Source: Guillardia theta CCMP2712 (lineage: Eukaryota > Protista > Cryptophyta). From it: a DNA stretch of 64,000 nucleotides. The stretch is from assembly GCF_000315625.1 (NCBI RefSeq), contig NW_005434670.1, positions 744,016 to 808,015 of the forward strand. Reading direction: 5' to 3'. Below, piece after piece: positions 34,975-47,660 of this stretch (positions within the stretch are counted from its first letter, which is position 1; each line of letters starts with the position of its first letter). Below the pieces are notes generated by a model, which was not told the origin of the DNA, did not search any database, and worked only from the letters and a program-made list of their open reading frames with translations. Both the position numbers and the translations under genes were made by a program.

Positions 34975-37900
34975 ATGGGAGAGTTCGATGTCGGCATTTA
35001 CTTTCAGAGCTCGAGGCATGGAAGATGTCACACAGTCTCGAGACTCACTCCTGGAGGTAGCGACGATGATGAAGAAACCTCACAACTCATGCCGTGGTGA
35101 ATCATGTCAGGTCCGGCAGAGAAGTCCTGTGCCGTTGAGATCGGTCATCGCATTGTGATGATCAACGAGAAGGTATGAAATGAAGCTGCAGGAGGTTATG
35201 GGCACATTCAACTTGTGATCTTCCAGGACGTTTCGACTTCTTCGCTGCAAGAAGTTGAAACTTTTCTGAGGGGCCCGAAAGACTCCTTGGTCAACGTCAA
35301 ATTTCTTGAGATGAGGGAAATTCGATTGACGATGGAGAGATGCGTCAAGATTGAGGTGATCGAGGATCTTGATAGCGAGCAAGCTGAATCTTGATCGCAG
35401 AATTCTTATTCTGTTGGCATCATATGGAAAAGAGGGGAGGAGGGGCTGGTCGTCAGCGGAATATCCCCAGGTTGTGCAACAGCTACTGAACATCATCGCA
35501 TCCTTCTTACTTTTAACATGAACAGAATATTATGGATTCGGTGTGTTGCCGAAAGCCGGGGACAGGCTGCTGAAGATTGATGGGGAGGTTGATGTGTTGC
35601 GATGAAGCTGCCGCCTGAACCCTTGACAGAGCATCGAGTCGATGAGATTCGACGACATCACCATGAGGCTTGCTGGGCCGCTCAACACGAGCGTGAGGCT
35701 TGACTTCGCCCGAGGAGTTGCTCATCACACTGTGACGTTGAAGCGCGAGTTGTCAGCTCCTGCACGGGGCCTGACTCCAAGTGTGCTCGACCCTCAGATT
35801 GTGGACCTTCAGAGCAACGTCCGGTTGATCAACACCCAGCAAGCTCACAGCCATGCTCATCCTGGATCTTCGAGTGCCTGGGAAGTCTTCGATGAGCCAG
35901 AGCCAACCCCTGGGTCCAGAGTTGACCAACGAATGGTGGAGACGGGCAGGAGCCCAGCTCCTCTGACCTCGAGCTTCAACGACACGAGTGCTTCTAGCGC
36001 CCCCAGTGCTGTCACAACGAGGCCCTACGGTAGTTGGAAGACCTTCAACGAGCTTGCAGGTCTGGACAACAGAGAGGCTGAGAAGAAGAACACACTCCCT
36101 CCGCAGGACAGGAGCAACGAGGCCGATCCAAGGCGAGCTATGCCGTATTCGGCCAACACTCACCAGCCTGCTCATGGTTATCCGGTTCTTTCAGCCCCCA
36201 AGGTTCCTCAGGGTATCGAGAAAGGCGAATCAAATGCCGTTTCAAATGCTCAGTTGAATCACCTCCAAGAGGAGAACCGGACTCTTGCGAATGAGAAGAA
36301 ACTTCTCCGAGAGCAGTTGAATGAAATGAAGAACAATCTAACCAATGCCGAACAGACCCTAAGCAGGAAGGAAGCAGAGCTGAACAGCGTCAAGACTGTC
36401 CTCTCTCGCCGAGCAGAGGCTGCGGGTGAGACAAGGCGGCAGATTGAAGATCTGTCTGCTACCATCGTGTCATTGAACGAAGAGAAAACCAACCTTGCTC
36501 TCAAACTCGACAAGACGTCATCTGACCTCAGTCAAGCTAGAGCTCAGATACAGGATCTTCAAGACTTGAGGATCTCAGAACGACAGAAGCTGCAAGACGA
36601 TGCTGACTTTCAGATGAGGAGAAGGTTTGACGACTACACAAGGCAGATAGAAGCTTTGAATGCGGACCTTCACACCCGCGATGAGCAAGTGAAGATTGCG
36701 CAAGGCAAGGTCAAAGAGCTGAGTCAGGCTCTTGTCGATGAGAAGAAATCCCTTGAAACCTCAGAAGGACAGCTGGCAGTGGCGAACAACGAGATCATCA
36801 GACTACAGCAGAATCGCGCTGAGCTGGAATCGAGTCATAAGGATCTGCGATCGCGGTATGAAGGTGTGGTGCAGCAGTTGAACGTGCAGCAGGTCAAGAA
36901 CTCAGAGTTGATCGATGCGGCAAGAGAACAGGAAAATAACATGGAAGCGCTCAAGGCTTCCAACGAGAAGGTGTTGGAGGAGATAAGACAGCAGCTGGTG
37001 GCTCAATCTGATGACTTCATGCGAGTCAAAGAGGAGATGCAAAGATTGCACTTGCAAGAGCTCGAAGATATGAAAGAAAAGCACCAGATTGCGATCGATG
37101 AAATTCGACGAGCCCAGGCCGACGCGGATACCAAGGCTCAAGATTATGAGAAGAGGATCCAAGAAGTTGAAGTTGCAAACAGAAGCCTTTCAGCTGAGTT
37201 GCAAGAAGCAGAAGCTTCCTACAGAGAGAACATGGTGGACATGAAAGAAAGGCACGAGTCAGAGTTGGCTGAGCTACAACAGAAGCTTGATGTGACCATG
37301 AACAAATGCGAGAAGTTGAATGAGGCGTGCGCTAATTTCAAAGAGCAGTTGGCTAACGCCAAACGAACGATTGAGGCGCAAGCGCTTTCATGTCAAGAAG
37401 AGCGAAAATGTACGGAAGACTGGCAGCAGAAGGCAGAGAAGAGTCAAGCTCAAGTGCAATCACTCGAAGAAGAGTTGAGAAATACCCACCAGCTCATGAT
37501 TCAGCTGGATATTTCAAGTACACGATTGAGGCTGCTGGAGCAATTCCAGCAGAGAATTCAGTTCGAGGCTCACAAGAAAAGTGAGCAGATACGGCAGCTA
37601 CAAGGAAACTTGCCCTACGCGCAGCTGGGAGGCATGCTGCAAGAAGCGCATGTCTCCCTAACGTCTCTACAGGAGCTCGCTGAGGTGCGGGAGAAAGAAG
37701 GTGCTCTTTTTTGCTGTCTCTGGAACTTCTGACTAACAATCATCTGTTTTACGAAATTGTGATCACACACTTCCACTTCAAGTTGGTAATGATTGCATTC
37801 TCTTTTGATCTAAAAATTGAACATGATTTCAGGTTTCTACAAGCAAAAGTTGAATGAATTGATGAACGCAAGGGAAATGGGTGTGGAGACTGAAAAGCAG

Positions 37901-38363
37901 CTGTGGAAATACAAGGTCTCACTCGCAGCAATCTATCATACTGCAGGCCTGAGACTATTATCAGGAACAGCTGGATTGGAAAACGATTGCACTTCAACAA
38001 ACGCTGGATTCCCTTTCGAACTGTCAGGTTCTCTGATGCCTGATCATGTTTCCTTCAACTTCTAACCATTCCGGGATAGGTCCTCATGCAGAAACATGGA
38101 GTTCCGCAAGATGAGATAGACAAGGTCCGTCTGCTCCAGCTGAGAACAAGCTTTTTCATCTGACCTTCTCCTCGTTTGCCCTGTAGGTGACCAGCGCCTT
38201 GACTGTCAGTGCCCAGCACGCAAGACCCTATGAAGAAACGTCGCAAGCTCTCAATCCGGGCAGCATCACCATAACAAAGGCTTCCTATGACGTCAACGCC
38301 GTAGCCATGACCTCCCAGGTGACACACGCGAATATGAAGAGCACGCCTGACTGGCTGGTTTAG
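34975..38363 (+). CDS. Tandem-PDZ protein with long coiled coil
   Basis: PDZ1: DVGIYFQ...VSRLTPG|GPAEKSCAVEIGHRIVMINEK|DVSTSSLQEVETFLRGPKDSLVNVKF; PDZ2: PKAGDRLLKIDGE|SIESMRFDDITMRLAGPLNTSVRLDFAR; then about 450 aa of E/K/Q/L heptads (36250-37700) and short 3' exons. Confidence 0.75.
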
Positions 38364-38674
38364 CATGACGGCGCTAGCAAGTATCGGTCGGCCAACGCGG
38401 CACCTCTGCTCTACTCCGGCATGGTAGGCCTGGAAGGCGAGGCGATGAGGTCGGTGACGTGAACCTGTCAGCCGCCTGCCATGTCCGACCCGAGGATGGC
38501 TCAGCCCGGGGGGATGAATCTCGACGGCTACTCGAGGTCACGTGACCTCTGGCGATGCTGGCGCGTGACTGCTGTGCGACAGGCCGGTGGAGGGCGACTA
38601 CCACTTCTCCTCGGGCAGTTACGCCTGATGACGACAGGGAGGATCGATGGCAGAGCCTCGCGTCCGTCTCGCCA

Positions 38675-39556
38675 TCATGAAAGTTTTGTTTCATTCACGG
38701 CTTTTGATAAAGATCCACGGGACCTGCCGAACGCGAAGACATCAACCCCCTCCTTCTCCTCGCTCTCCTCGATGATGCACATGAGAGCCTCGCCCGCGCC
38801 CTCCTTCCTCTCCTCATGGAGATCTACCGGGGAGACAGGAACGAACATAGACTTGAAAGACTCCAGCACGCTATCTGACGTCTCTACCATGGGCTCTCTA
38901 GCCTCATTCCATGTCACGCTATACCTGTCATGCCCGTACTCAGGTGGGACCACTGGACAGCCTAACGCCCCTCACCTCTTCTTGTGCGACATGATGAACA
39001 CAGCATGAGGGAGTACCTCAAAGAGTCTTCGAACCGCCGAGTGCAAGAGTTTGGCCATGTGCGAGGAGTACAGCAGGTCGCTTCCCACGATGATGCTCAC
39101 GTCGGAGCCTCTCCCGAAGGCGTCGAAGTGTTCGTCGTTGCTCCAGTCCAGTTTGCATTCCACACACTTCCCGTCAAGACCGTTCAGCTGGATGTTAGCT
39201 CGAATAACCTCCAGCACAACCTCATCATAGTCAGAGATGTACACTCTCCTCGCCCCCAGCTTCGAGAGGACCATACCAAGGATCCCTACCCCCGCTCCGA
39301 TCTCTAGGACAGCCGCGCCTCTGAAGAGGTTGCTGTTCTTCATGCAGTACTCGCAGAGCTTCTTTGTCGCCCCTTGCCAGACATCGAGACCGATCAGGTC
39401 ACTGTCATCGTCACACCTCAACCCCGCCATGACCAACTTTACTCCCTCATCTACCGCCATCTCTTCCATGTCCAACTCTTGCTCACAAGCTGGATCACTG
39501 GCAGGGTCCCCCTGCTGCTCTGCTCTTGTTGACGGCTCCTCTTCTTGATCTACCAT
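38675..39556 (-). CDS. SAM-dependent lysine/histidine methyltransferase, family 16 (METTL21/23-like)
   Basis: IGLDVWQGA, VLEIGAGVGILG, ISDYD, CKLDW, IIVGSDLLY; one intron near 38975-38925 joins the C-terminal exon; alternative start at 39658. Confidence 0.88.
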
Positions 39557-39851
39557 ACTCCCCTCCTCCTCCTCCTCCTCCTCCTTCTCCCCTGGAGCTC
39601 GTCTGCACAGAGCGCGCACCTCCTGCCCGGCTACCCTCACACGCATTAGGCGCAGCATGGCTGGTATAAAATACAAGCCAGCCTCGGAATGCTTTATTAG
39701 AAAAGCAGAAGAGACAGCAAAATTACGAGGACTTGAAGCGTGTGAGATTCCAACTTGACGGCTCTTGGGCAAGGAGATCGCAGTGGCGAAGAAGAGCAGG
39801 GAGGAGCGGTCTTAGTGAGAGAGTCAGCAGGAGAAGCAAGAGAACGAGAGC

Positions 39852-39918
39852 AGAGAGGAGAGAGGAGAGAGGAGAGAGGAGAGAGGAGAGAGGAGAGAGG
39901 AGAGAGGAGAGAGGAGAG
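39852..39918 (+). repeat. (GAGAGGA)n heptamer microsatellite between divergent gene starts
   Basis: About 9 tandem copies read directly. Confidence 0.95.
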
Positions 39919-39934
39919 GGAGTCAACGAGCGCT

Positions 39935-40688
39935 ATGGTGAAATTCCTAGAGATTTGTAATTCGGCGGACCAGAATAACCTGGCCTTTGTGATCGTGCTG
40001 ATTGGAAGCTGCCTCCTCAACCTACTTCTTAGCCTGTTCATCTTGTTCGTCCTGTTCTGTACAGGAAGAGGAAGCAAGGCGTCGAAATCCAGCAGCTACG
40101 TCGAGCCTGCAGCGTCCAACCCCGAGAAGAGCGACGTGAAGTCATTCCTACAGTTTCAGCCTGTACAAGTGACAACTTCTAACGATCTTGACGATGGGGG
40201 AGCGATCAAGGTGCCGCCTCATGCACTTATGATGACTGGCTGCCCTGCTGCTCACGCCGACGTCTGATGGTGTTGTGATCGAGCAGGATGAACTCAAGAA
40301 GATGTCGAGGGAGATTGCAGACCTGAGCTCCAAGATGGAGAACAGGAGGCTGAATGAGATCACAGCCAGTAACCTTGTCTGCAAGCCTAAGGTCTCTCTG
40401 TGACGCCATGGCAGGCTATCTCCTGCACAACGCGCACGACGTGATCGGCAACGGCGTTCCCACCTCCGCTCAGGTCAGTCTCCCCCCCCCCCCCCCCCCC
40501 CTGTCGCGCTCCCGGTGACGCTGGCTGCAGGTCACTCTAGAGCAGATCAGCGCGCATCAGGTATGTTTGACCCTCAGGAGAGCTGACGAGCTGAGAGGAC
40601 GTGACAGGCTCACGTGCGGCTGCGAGTCGACGACATCGACCGCAAGGTCGGCAAGCTCGAGTACCTCCTCGCCAAGATCACCAGCTGA
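39935..40688 (+). CDS. Small single-pass membrane protein with coiled-coil segments (hypothetical)
   Basis: TM segment LAFVIVLIGSCLLNLLLSLFILFVLFC; short GT-AG-flanked exons DELKKMSREIADLSSKME, VTLEQISAHQ, AHVRLRVDDIDRKVGKLEYLLAKITS*. Confidence 0.6.
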
Positions 40689-40866
40689 TGCAAGAGCAGC
40701 CCACCCGTGGCTTGTTTGCTCCCATGTCGACATGTCAACAACTATCAGCCCTCAGTGTCTGTAGTGATAGAGTACTTTACAGATTTACAACTTCCACGCC
40801 AAGCTCCGTCCTCTGCTCCTCGCCTCCCGCGCAGCTCCCATCCCGCTGCTCCCATCATTCCTATGC

Positions 40867-42403
40867 TCAGCACACTCCATACGTGTACGGGGCAGAGGAT
40901 GTATCCTCCATCGCTTGCAGTGGTACAGGGTCATCGATCAAGACTGCTTCCCCTTGCTTGTGAACTAGTCGACCTTTCACCCACACCATTGCGACATTCA
41001 CCTCCGAACCGAGGTTGATTAATTTCTCAAGGAGGTGCATGGACGAGTCCGAATCCCACACGTCTATCCCCCCCCTCGCAGCATCCAGCAGCACAGCGTC
41101 GAAGCTCTTCCCTGCCTCCAAGGTTCCCACCTGCCCTTCAATCCCCAGAGCCTTCGCCCCTCCCATGGTTGCCAGGTGAAACGCGTGTCGCCAGTCTAGC
41201 AGCTCGTCGCTCTTGATAGGTGCGAAGTTTCTGGTGACCTGATGGGCGATGACGGCGTTTCTCATCGAATTGAGCATGGAGGGGCTGTATCCTCCAGCTA
41301 CATCGGTGCCCAGAGCGACCTTGTTCCCAAGAGCGACGATCTTGGCGGTCGGCAAGACTCCATCGGCGAAGAAGAAGTTGGAGAGCGGACAGTGAGAGAT
41401 GCTCGTTCCCCGTTGCCGCAGCGTGCGCAGGTCCTCATCGTCCAGGTGAACCCCGTGTGCCATGATCGTCTTGTCGTGCAGAAGTCCGCAAGTGTCGAAG
41501 ATGGTCGTGTCGGACTTGAGGTGGGGATACCGCGACTTCACCATGGCGATCTCGTCCAACGACTCTGAGATGTGAGACTGCACGTGACAGTCATACCTGT
41601 CCGCCAGCGCGCCCAGACCATTCAACAGCTCCATGCTGCAGCTGGGAATGAACCTCGGGGTTACCACTGGATGGACAAGCTCGCTTCCCAGGCCTCGCAC
41701 GGACTGAATGAACCTCTCCGTGCTCTCCAGCGACTCCTCCGTGCTCTCAATGTAGTCTGCCGGCGCCAGGCTGTCCATGCAGACCTTACCGATGTATGCT
41801 CGCTGACCTCGCGAGGCCGCAAGCTCAGCAAACGCTATGCAGGACTGCAGGTGGATCGTAGCAAAGTAGAGAGCACAAGTCGTTCCATTCCTCAGCGTCC
41901 GATCGATGACGGACGAGTAGACTCGCTTCGCTGTCTCCACGTCTCGCAGACTGCTCTCGGCCGGGAACGTGTACTTCTGCAGCCAGTCCATGAGGGGGAG
42001 GTCAGTCGCTGTCCCCGTGTAGGAGTACTGCGGCGCATGGATGTGCGTGTCGATGAAGCCAGGCACAAGCATCTGGCCCCTCTCAAGCTTCACAAGCTCG
42101 ATGCCCCACTCCTCGTTCAACACGCAAGAGCCTGCTGCCCTGCCCTGCATCCACAGCCTGACTGGCTCGTCCTCCAGCTCCTTTAGTCGCGTCACCACAA
42201 TGATCTTGCCTCTCTGATCCACCACCAGAACAGCTTCCTCCATCACGTCGATCTGCAGCGAGAGCTTCAGACCAGCTCGCAAGCATCCTCCCCCTCACCT
42301 TGCCGTACGCGGTTGCGTGCGCCATGGTACCAAAGATTACCAGCCGGGCATCCGCCTCGACCCACCTGATCGGCACCTGCGGGTGGCTGCCGCTGACTCC
42401 CAT
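40867..42403 (-). CDS. GDA: Guanine deaminase (amidohydrolase superfamily)
   Basis: PGFIDTHIHAPQY, DWLQKYTFPAE, NGTTCALYFATIH, VTPRF, SHISE, AHGVHL, SHCPLSN, LGTDVAGG, LATMGGAKAL; first exon MGVSG...FGTMAHATAYGK spliced at about 42298/42256. Confidence 0.95.
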
Positions 42404-42599
42404 GTGCTGCCCATGCGCGTCAAAAAAGAAGACAAGCGAGAGCAACACCCGCTACCTCCTCCTGTCGCCTTCCTCCTCTCTCCTCCTGTCGCACTCCTCC
42501 TGTCTCCTCCTTTCGCCCCTCCGACGCCATGGCAGGGCTGCAACGTACTAGTCATAGTCACATCAACTGTCAAGCACAATCGGTACGGGGATCGCAGGT

Positions 42600-44783
42600 G
42601 GTGAGACCCGAGCGAATTCTGCAGGTTTGCAGCAGACGGCGATTCCCAAAGACGAGGCGAGAGCGAGGAGGGCGTCTCTTCTGCTCTCAGCTGGTCTCCC
42701 TGCTCGACTGCGTGCTGGTATCTGTGCTGGTCTTCAGGTGGACTAATCTGAGGCTCTGGTACCTAAGCAGGGACAGTCATGGGATGAGCAAGCTTCAGGT
42801 GCTCACCTCTGGCTCCCGAGCTTCCTCTTGGACCCTCTCGGAATCGATCGGAGCTGATGAGCTCGCACGGGAGGCGGGAGACTGGAGGGTGTGCTTGTCC
42901 ACAATCTCCTTCCTCGCTGACAGGATCGCGTCTAGTTCAGACACGTTCCCGTTCTGTGAGCTGACTGAGGCCAGCTTGCTCAGACTCCTCCCGAAGGGCG
43001 ACGGGCTACCGACGGAGTCATGGAGGGAGGAAGGAGTGTCTGCGGATCTGAGCGGCGAGAAGGGATCTGGAGGAGAACGATGAGCGAACAAGAGCAGGAG
43101 CGCTGAGGCAAGCCTGATCTCGAGGGGGAGGAAGTCTTGTGCTCCAGCCTAGTGGGGGTGAAGGACGACATGGAGTGGTTGAGACTCGACACGTGCTGCA
43201 GCCTCTGCGTCAGCCTCGCTGCTGCCCGGTCAGAGAGGTGAGAAATTGAACCACCTGGCCTGGCGGAGATGCCGTGACGGGGGGCGAGTGCAGGTTGAAC
43301 CTCTTGGGCGTGCCGTCGGAGGTAGCAGGAGAGGTTCTCCGCGAGGAGAAGGTCTTGGGGTTGAGGGCATCGTCTACCCTCTCCACCTTGTGCAACTGGT
43401 CGTCCTCGTTAGGACCCTCGAGCTGCCGCCCGCTCTCAAACCTTCTTTGTGATCTTCCCTTGCATCAGGATACTGCACGGATCCCTTATTTGATCTTCAA
43501 GCTCCCGGACTGCAGCCAAACTCAAAACCCCGACAACATGATCGTCTCATTGCATTACTGATGAACTCTGGCGAGATCGACTTGCCAAACATGATGATCC
43601 CGATAGTCGCAATGATACTCCCACGGCGCATGCCAAAGATGAGAATTTGCCTCCTCGAGATTTTCAACGCTGCTGCAAGGTCTTGTATCAATTGCTCTTG
43701 GTACCTGAGGGTGGAATCAGTCGCAGACAAGAGCAGCATGTGGTCCTGGAACCTCTTCCTTGTGTCGTGCGACAGCGCCATCATGTCGTAGTTGTCCTCA
43801 AGGGTGAGAGAGACGATGATTGGATCTTTGACGTTCAGTCGCGGGCTGAAGAAGTGATTGGAGATCGGAATGACACTCTCGAGGTTCAGCTTTTTGACTT
43901 TGGGTGCCATGACTGGAGTGGGAGGATTATCATCGTGGGTAGATGTGGAGAGATTCAGAAGCCCGTCTGCTCCCGTCCCTCCTCCCATGCTCGTCGACTG
44001 ATCCAAACGGAGATGGAGGTACAGGCGACAGAAATCAGCCTGTGAATGCGCGTTGAGCTCATTCGACGTTGATCCCGCCTCATCGGCCGCGTGCACACAG
44101 TACCAGCCTCCTCGCGAGCTGTGCTCTTCCTTCAAATGTCTCAGGGAGATCCCATCCAAGAACCCGATCTTTTCTCGCGAATGATTCGAACTCACTAACG
44201 GCGAGGAGCGCTGTGTAGGACACCAGTAAATGTCTACCTGCACAGAGCCATATGCTATCATGGTCTCATCCAGCATGAAGTCGAAGTAGGAGTTCCATGA
44301 GGGGTCAGCAACGCTTGCAGTCTTGGTCATAATGACGTTGGTGTGACCCGGACACATGATTGAAACCGAACAAACAAGTTCACCATCTCCTTGGAGGTTT
44401 CTTCGCAACAGCTCGAAGTTTTCGCAAGAGCCAACGTACAATGAGAAGTTCTGTCTGCCAGGTTGTGACCGTTGAGGAGACATTTGCGACGCAGCAGAGA
44501 GGCTGTCAGAGTCCATCCACCTGAGGACATACGAATCTTCCGTGTTCGTCTCTGTATGCTGATCCCTCAGCTCCTCCAAGGGGGAGGCGCCGTGATGGCG
44601 GTTGTCGCTTCCGTCCCCAGCCTGCCAAACTTTCCTGGGTGTGACGGGCGATAGAGAAGACGGGGAACCTCCGTGCTGCTGGAAGTGCATGTCTGCCAAC
44701 CTCTCGTAGGCTGCCGCCACCTCCGCACCCTTCCCTGTCCTCACCGCCTCCTCCATCAGCTCCTCCAGGCCAGGGCCCGGCAT
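42600..44783 (-). CDS. C2-domain protein with a SEA-like module and Ser/Pro-rich tail; 3' end approximate
   Basis: C2: FSLYVGSCENF...TKTASVADPSWNSYFDF...VQVDIYW...KIGF...GWY; IIVSLTLEDNY...LIQDLAAALKISRRQILIFGMRRGSIIATI; several downstream GT-AG exons. Confidence 0.6.
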
Positions 44784-45165
44784 GTCTACCGGCGGTGGGG
44801 ATTGAGGTGGGGGTTGGTAGGCCCAGAGGGAAATAGGTGAAGTATACAGTGAGGTGGTAGTGGATTGGTCAGAGGGACTGCACATGGCGTTGAAACACCA
44901 AGTCTGCGAAGCGCGCCAGCTCTCTCTGCCCAGCATCGAATGCTGCCGTAGCACGCACATGCGTCCGAGACCCGCAAACACTCATCGTTGACGAAGCATG
45001 TCGCTTACAAGGCTCGAAGGAAACCTTGACATGCAAAGAGCGATGGAGAACGGCTGAAAATCGGCGAAATAAGAGCAGACCCAGGATAAAAAGAAAGAGT
45101 GAGACACGAGAGCAGACAAATCGTTTCTGATTGAGTGGCAAAACAACACAGAAAAGTGTGAAGGC

Positions 45166-46237
45166 TTAGAGATTGTCAGGAGCTGATTGCGGTTGTAAAG
45201 AGAGAAGAAAAAATAATCCGCCCACGACCGCCTGCATGGATGGTGAGGACATCACTTTCGAGCAATTCAACACTTACTATCAAAGCAAACAGAACAGGAA
45301 AGAGTGTGGATGAGAATGAGCTTTGGTTGGTCGTGCTGGCCATATCCAGATCTGTGTTCAAATCAACTTGTCGTCGCAAACATCGAAGACAAGAGTACCT
45401 GATAGATCTTCTTCCTCCGCAGCAAGATCTGGGTTCTTCTGCGCTGAATTATTACTGCATAGCATCCAGCACGAGCAATACAACAAAATTTACCGCCTCC
45501 CAATCTTCTATCAAATCTGAAAATAGTTCACAAAAAGTCTTGTCCTTCAAGTTTGTGCGCATTGATTTTCTTGCAAGCTGGTCAAACGTGAGATATCATT
45601 AGTGAGAAACATAAATTAACCTGTCGTTTTACACTTTCACTGGTAGTGATAGTGCCAATAGCAGGCACACTATCCAACATGAATGATACCACTCCTTGCA
45701 AGATGGAAGAAACTGTGTTTAAGAGTCACAGTGAATCCATCACGGTACGTCATGAATTCCACTACAGTGGAATTCATGCGCCAAGAGTAGATTGTTCGTG
45801 ATTCGATCAAAGTTCTACCTGACCACATGCAGTTCCAAGTCTCCGGATGGAAATCAGACATGCTAAGACAAATCCGTTGGTTCGGCTCAAAGCGGCCGCT
45901 TGGGGTGAGCATCCGGATAGACGGTGGCTTATAAGGGTACTCCTGGGGAAAGCGGATGATGCCGTGATAGTATCCTCCCTGGTAAGGCGAGCCAGCAGGT
46001 CCTTCTATGACAAAATGCCATTCGAGCATGTTTGAGGGGAGAGGCTACTCGAACGTCAGCTTGTGCGGGCGAGATGACGATGGGCTCTCACCGTTGCATG
46101 TACTCCAGCCACAGGCTCCTCCTTCAGCTTCTTCAACTCGCGCTGTAATCGTTGCTGAGATGATCACAGTCATGCATGACGATCATGAAAGGATAATTCG
46201 TTGATACCAAGTTCTGTTTGCGCTCTGCAGGATGCAT
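45166..46237 (-). CDS. UBC6: Tail-anchored ubiquitin-conjugating enzyme E2 J (UBC6/UBE2J, ERAD)
   Basis: [93 protein letters not shown]; C-terminal [14 protein letters not shown]|[10 protein letters not shown]. Confidence 0.92.
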
Positions 46238-46769
46238 CTTCAACCCCTGAAAGAAAGAACGATTCCGACAACCAAACTACCTCGCTTTGTGTTGTTGTCA
46301 ATTCACTCGGGTCAAATCAGCAGATGCTGGAGAGTTTCAACTGGCAGTGACAAAGAATAGTCTTAGAAAGTCATTCAGAATGTCTCAATTCAACGGGACG
46401 AGATTAAATCTTCAAGCACAGCTGTTCGTAGCTAGCGAATGTTCTTTCCACTCTTAAACACTCCCATTCATTCCCACCAACAATACAAATTCATCCCTGC
46501 TCCTTCTTCTCTGCAACCGGTCAAGACTAACATCTCTGCTTCTTCTGTCGTCCTTCACCTCCCTGCATCCTTCGTTTCTCCATCCTATGCGTACCCTCAC
46601 TCCAGCAGCCCCAGCATGTTCCTTTACCCCGAGGCCGCAGAGCCCCAGGGTCCCACCCAAGGTCGTGGATCTCTCGAGTGAGGTACCTAGCGAGAGAGAG
46701 AAGGACCTCTCTTCTGCCCTTCGAGACCAGCTTCCCAATGATCCTGAGGCGGGCGCTATCTTCTAAAAA

Positions 46770-47640
46770 CGTGACTGAATAAGTTTGAAGCCGTCACTGT
46801 CACTGTCACCGGGCCGGGTCGGACCAGCCTGCCGCGTGCAGCGGCCCGGCCTGAGCCCCGGGCCCGGCGGGCCGTCGTAGGATGCCACTGGCGGCCTGAG
46901 GGCTGAGCCAGCCGGGACAAAACTGGCCGGGCCGTGCAGGCCGCTTGCGGCCAGGCTCGGAGTCTGAGTGACATGGCAATGATGATAGCCGGGCCCAACA
47001 GTGAAACTTTACCGTGCGTACGGTGTCGATCCGAGTCGTCGTCGGACCGGGACCGTCCGACGGTCTGCGTCAACCGTTGGCCGCGGCCCGGTTCCTGGCA
47101 ACTTGAAGTGAAGGCGAGCTGCGGCCCCGGACCACGGCCGCCGGGCTGGGCCCGGGGTGCGGCCACTGAGGCTGAGGTCTGTCTGGCTCAAATTTTCAAG
47201 TCACTGAGTGACTCAAAGTTACTAAAAAAAAAGTCTCCGGCCCCCGGATCATGGCACCCGGTGGTCGGTCACCGGGTCACGGGGTGCCGGCCCCGGGGGC
47301 CGGCCTGGCAGTGGCGGCGGGCCGGCCTGGCGGAGCGCAGTCACTATATCTTCTTGAACTTTAGTTACTTCTCGGATTCTATGTTCCATGGAAGCAGGAT
47401 TTATTTTAACGGGTAGGGGTAACGGGTAGAGGTACTCATCTGGCTTGGTGGTAGACAGTTTCACAGCCATAGCGTTCGAATGATGGCATAAGTAAAGAGG
47501 ATACTAGAATTTGCTATTCTCACATTCGAACTTTCGAGGAGGTATGGACTGGTGTTATAAACATGCGAACGAGAATTTTGAGGGAGGGGTAGTCACGATT
47601 TCAGGCTAGTTTGTTGTGGTGCGGGGGGTAGGCGTTATTG
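46770..47640. other. Intergenic island 3: CCGG/GGCC/GTCAC-rich zone (46790-47345) then GGGT-containing zone, between divergent genes
   Basis: Dense CCGG, GGCC, GTCAC, CTGAG, AACTT words and micro-duplications (GTCACTGTCACTGTCACC); GGGTAGGGGTAACGGGTAG at about 47410. Confidence 0.6.
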
Positions 47641-47660
47641 CTAAGGCGTACTGTGAGGCC

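Noticed and set aside
1-42403. Nitrogen-themed cluster (FIST, GAF-HPP, guanine deaminase)
   Set aside because: The genes are separated by many unrelated genes in a eukaryote; no shared regulatory evidence is visible.
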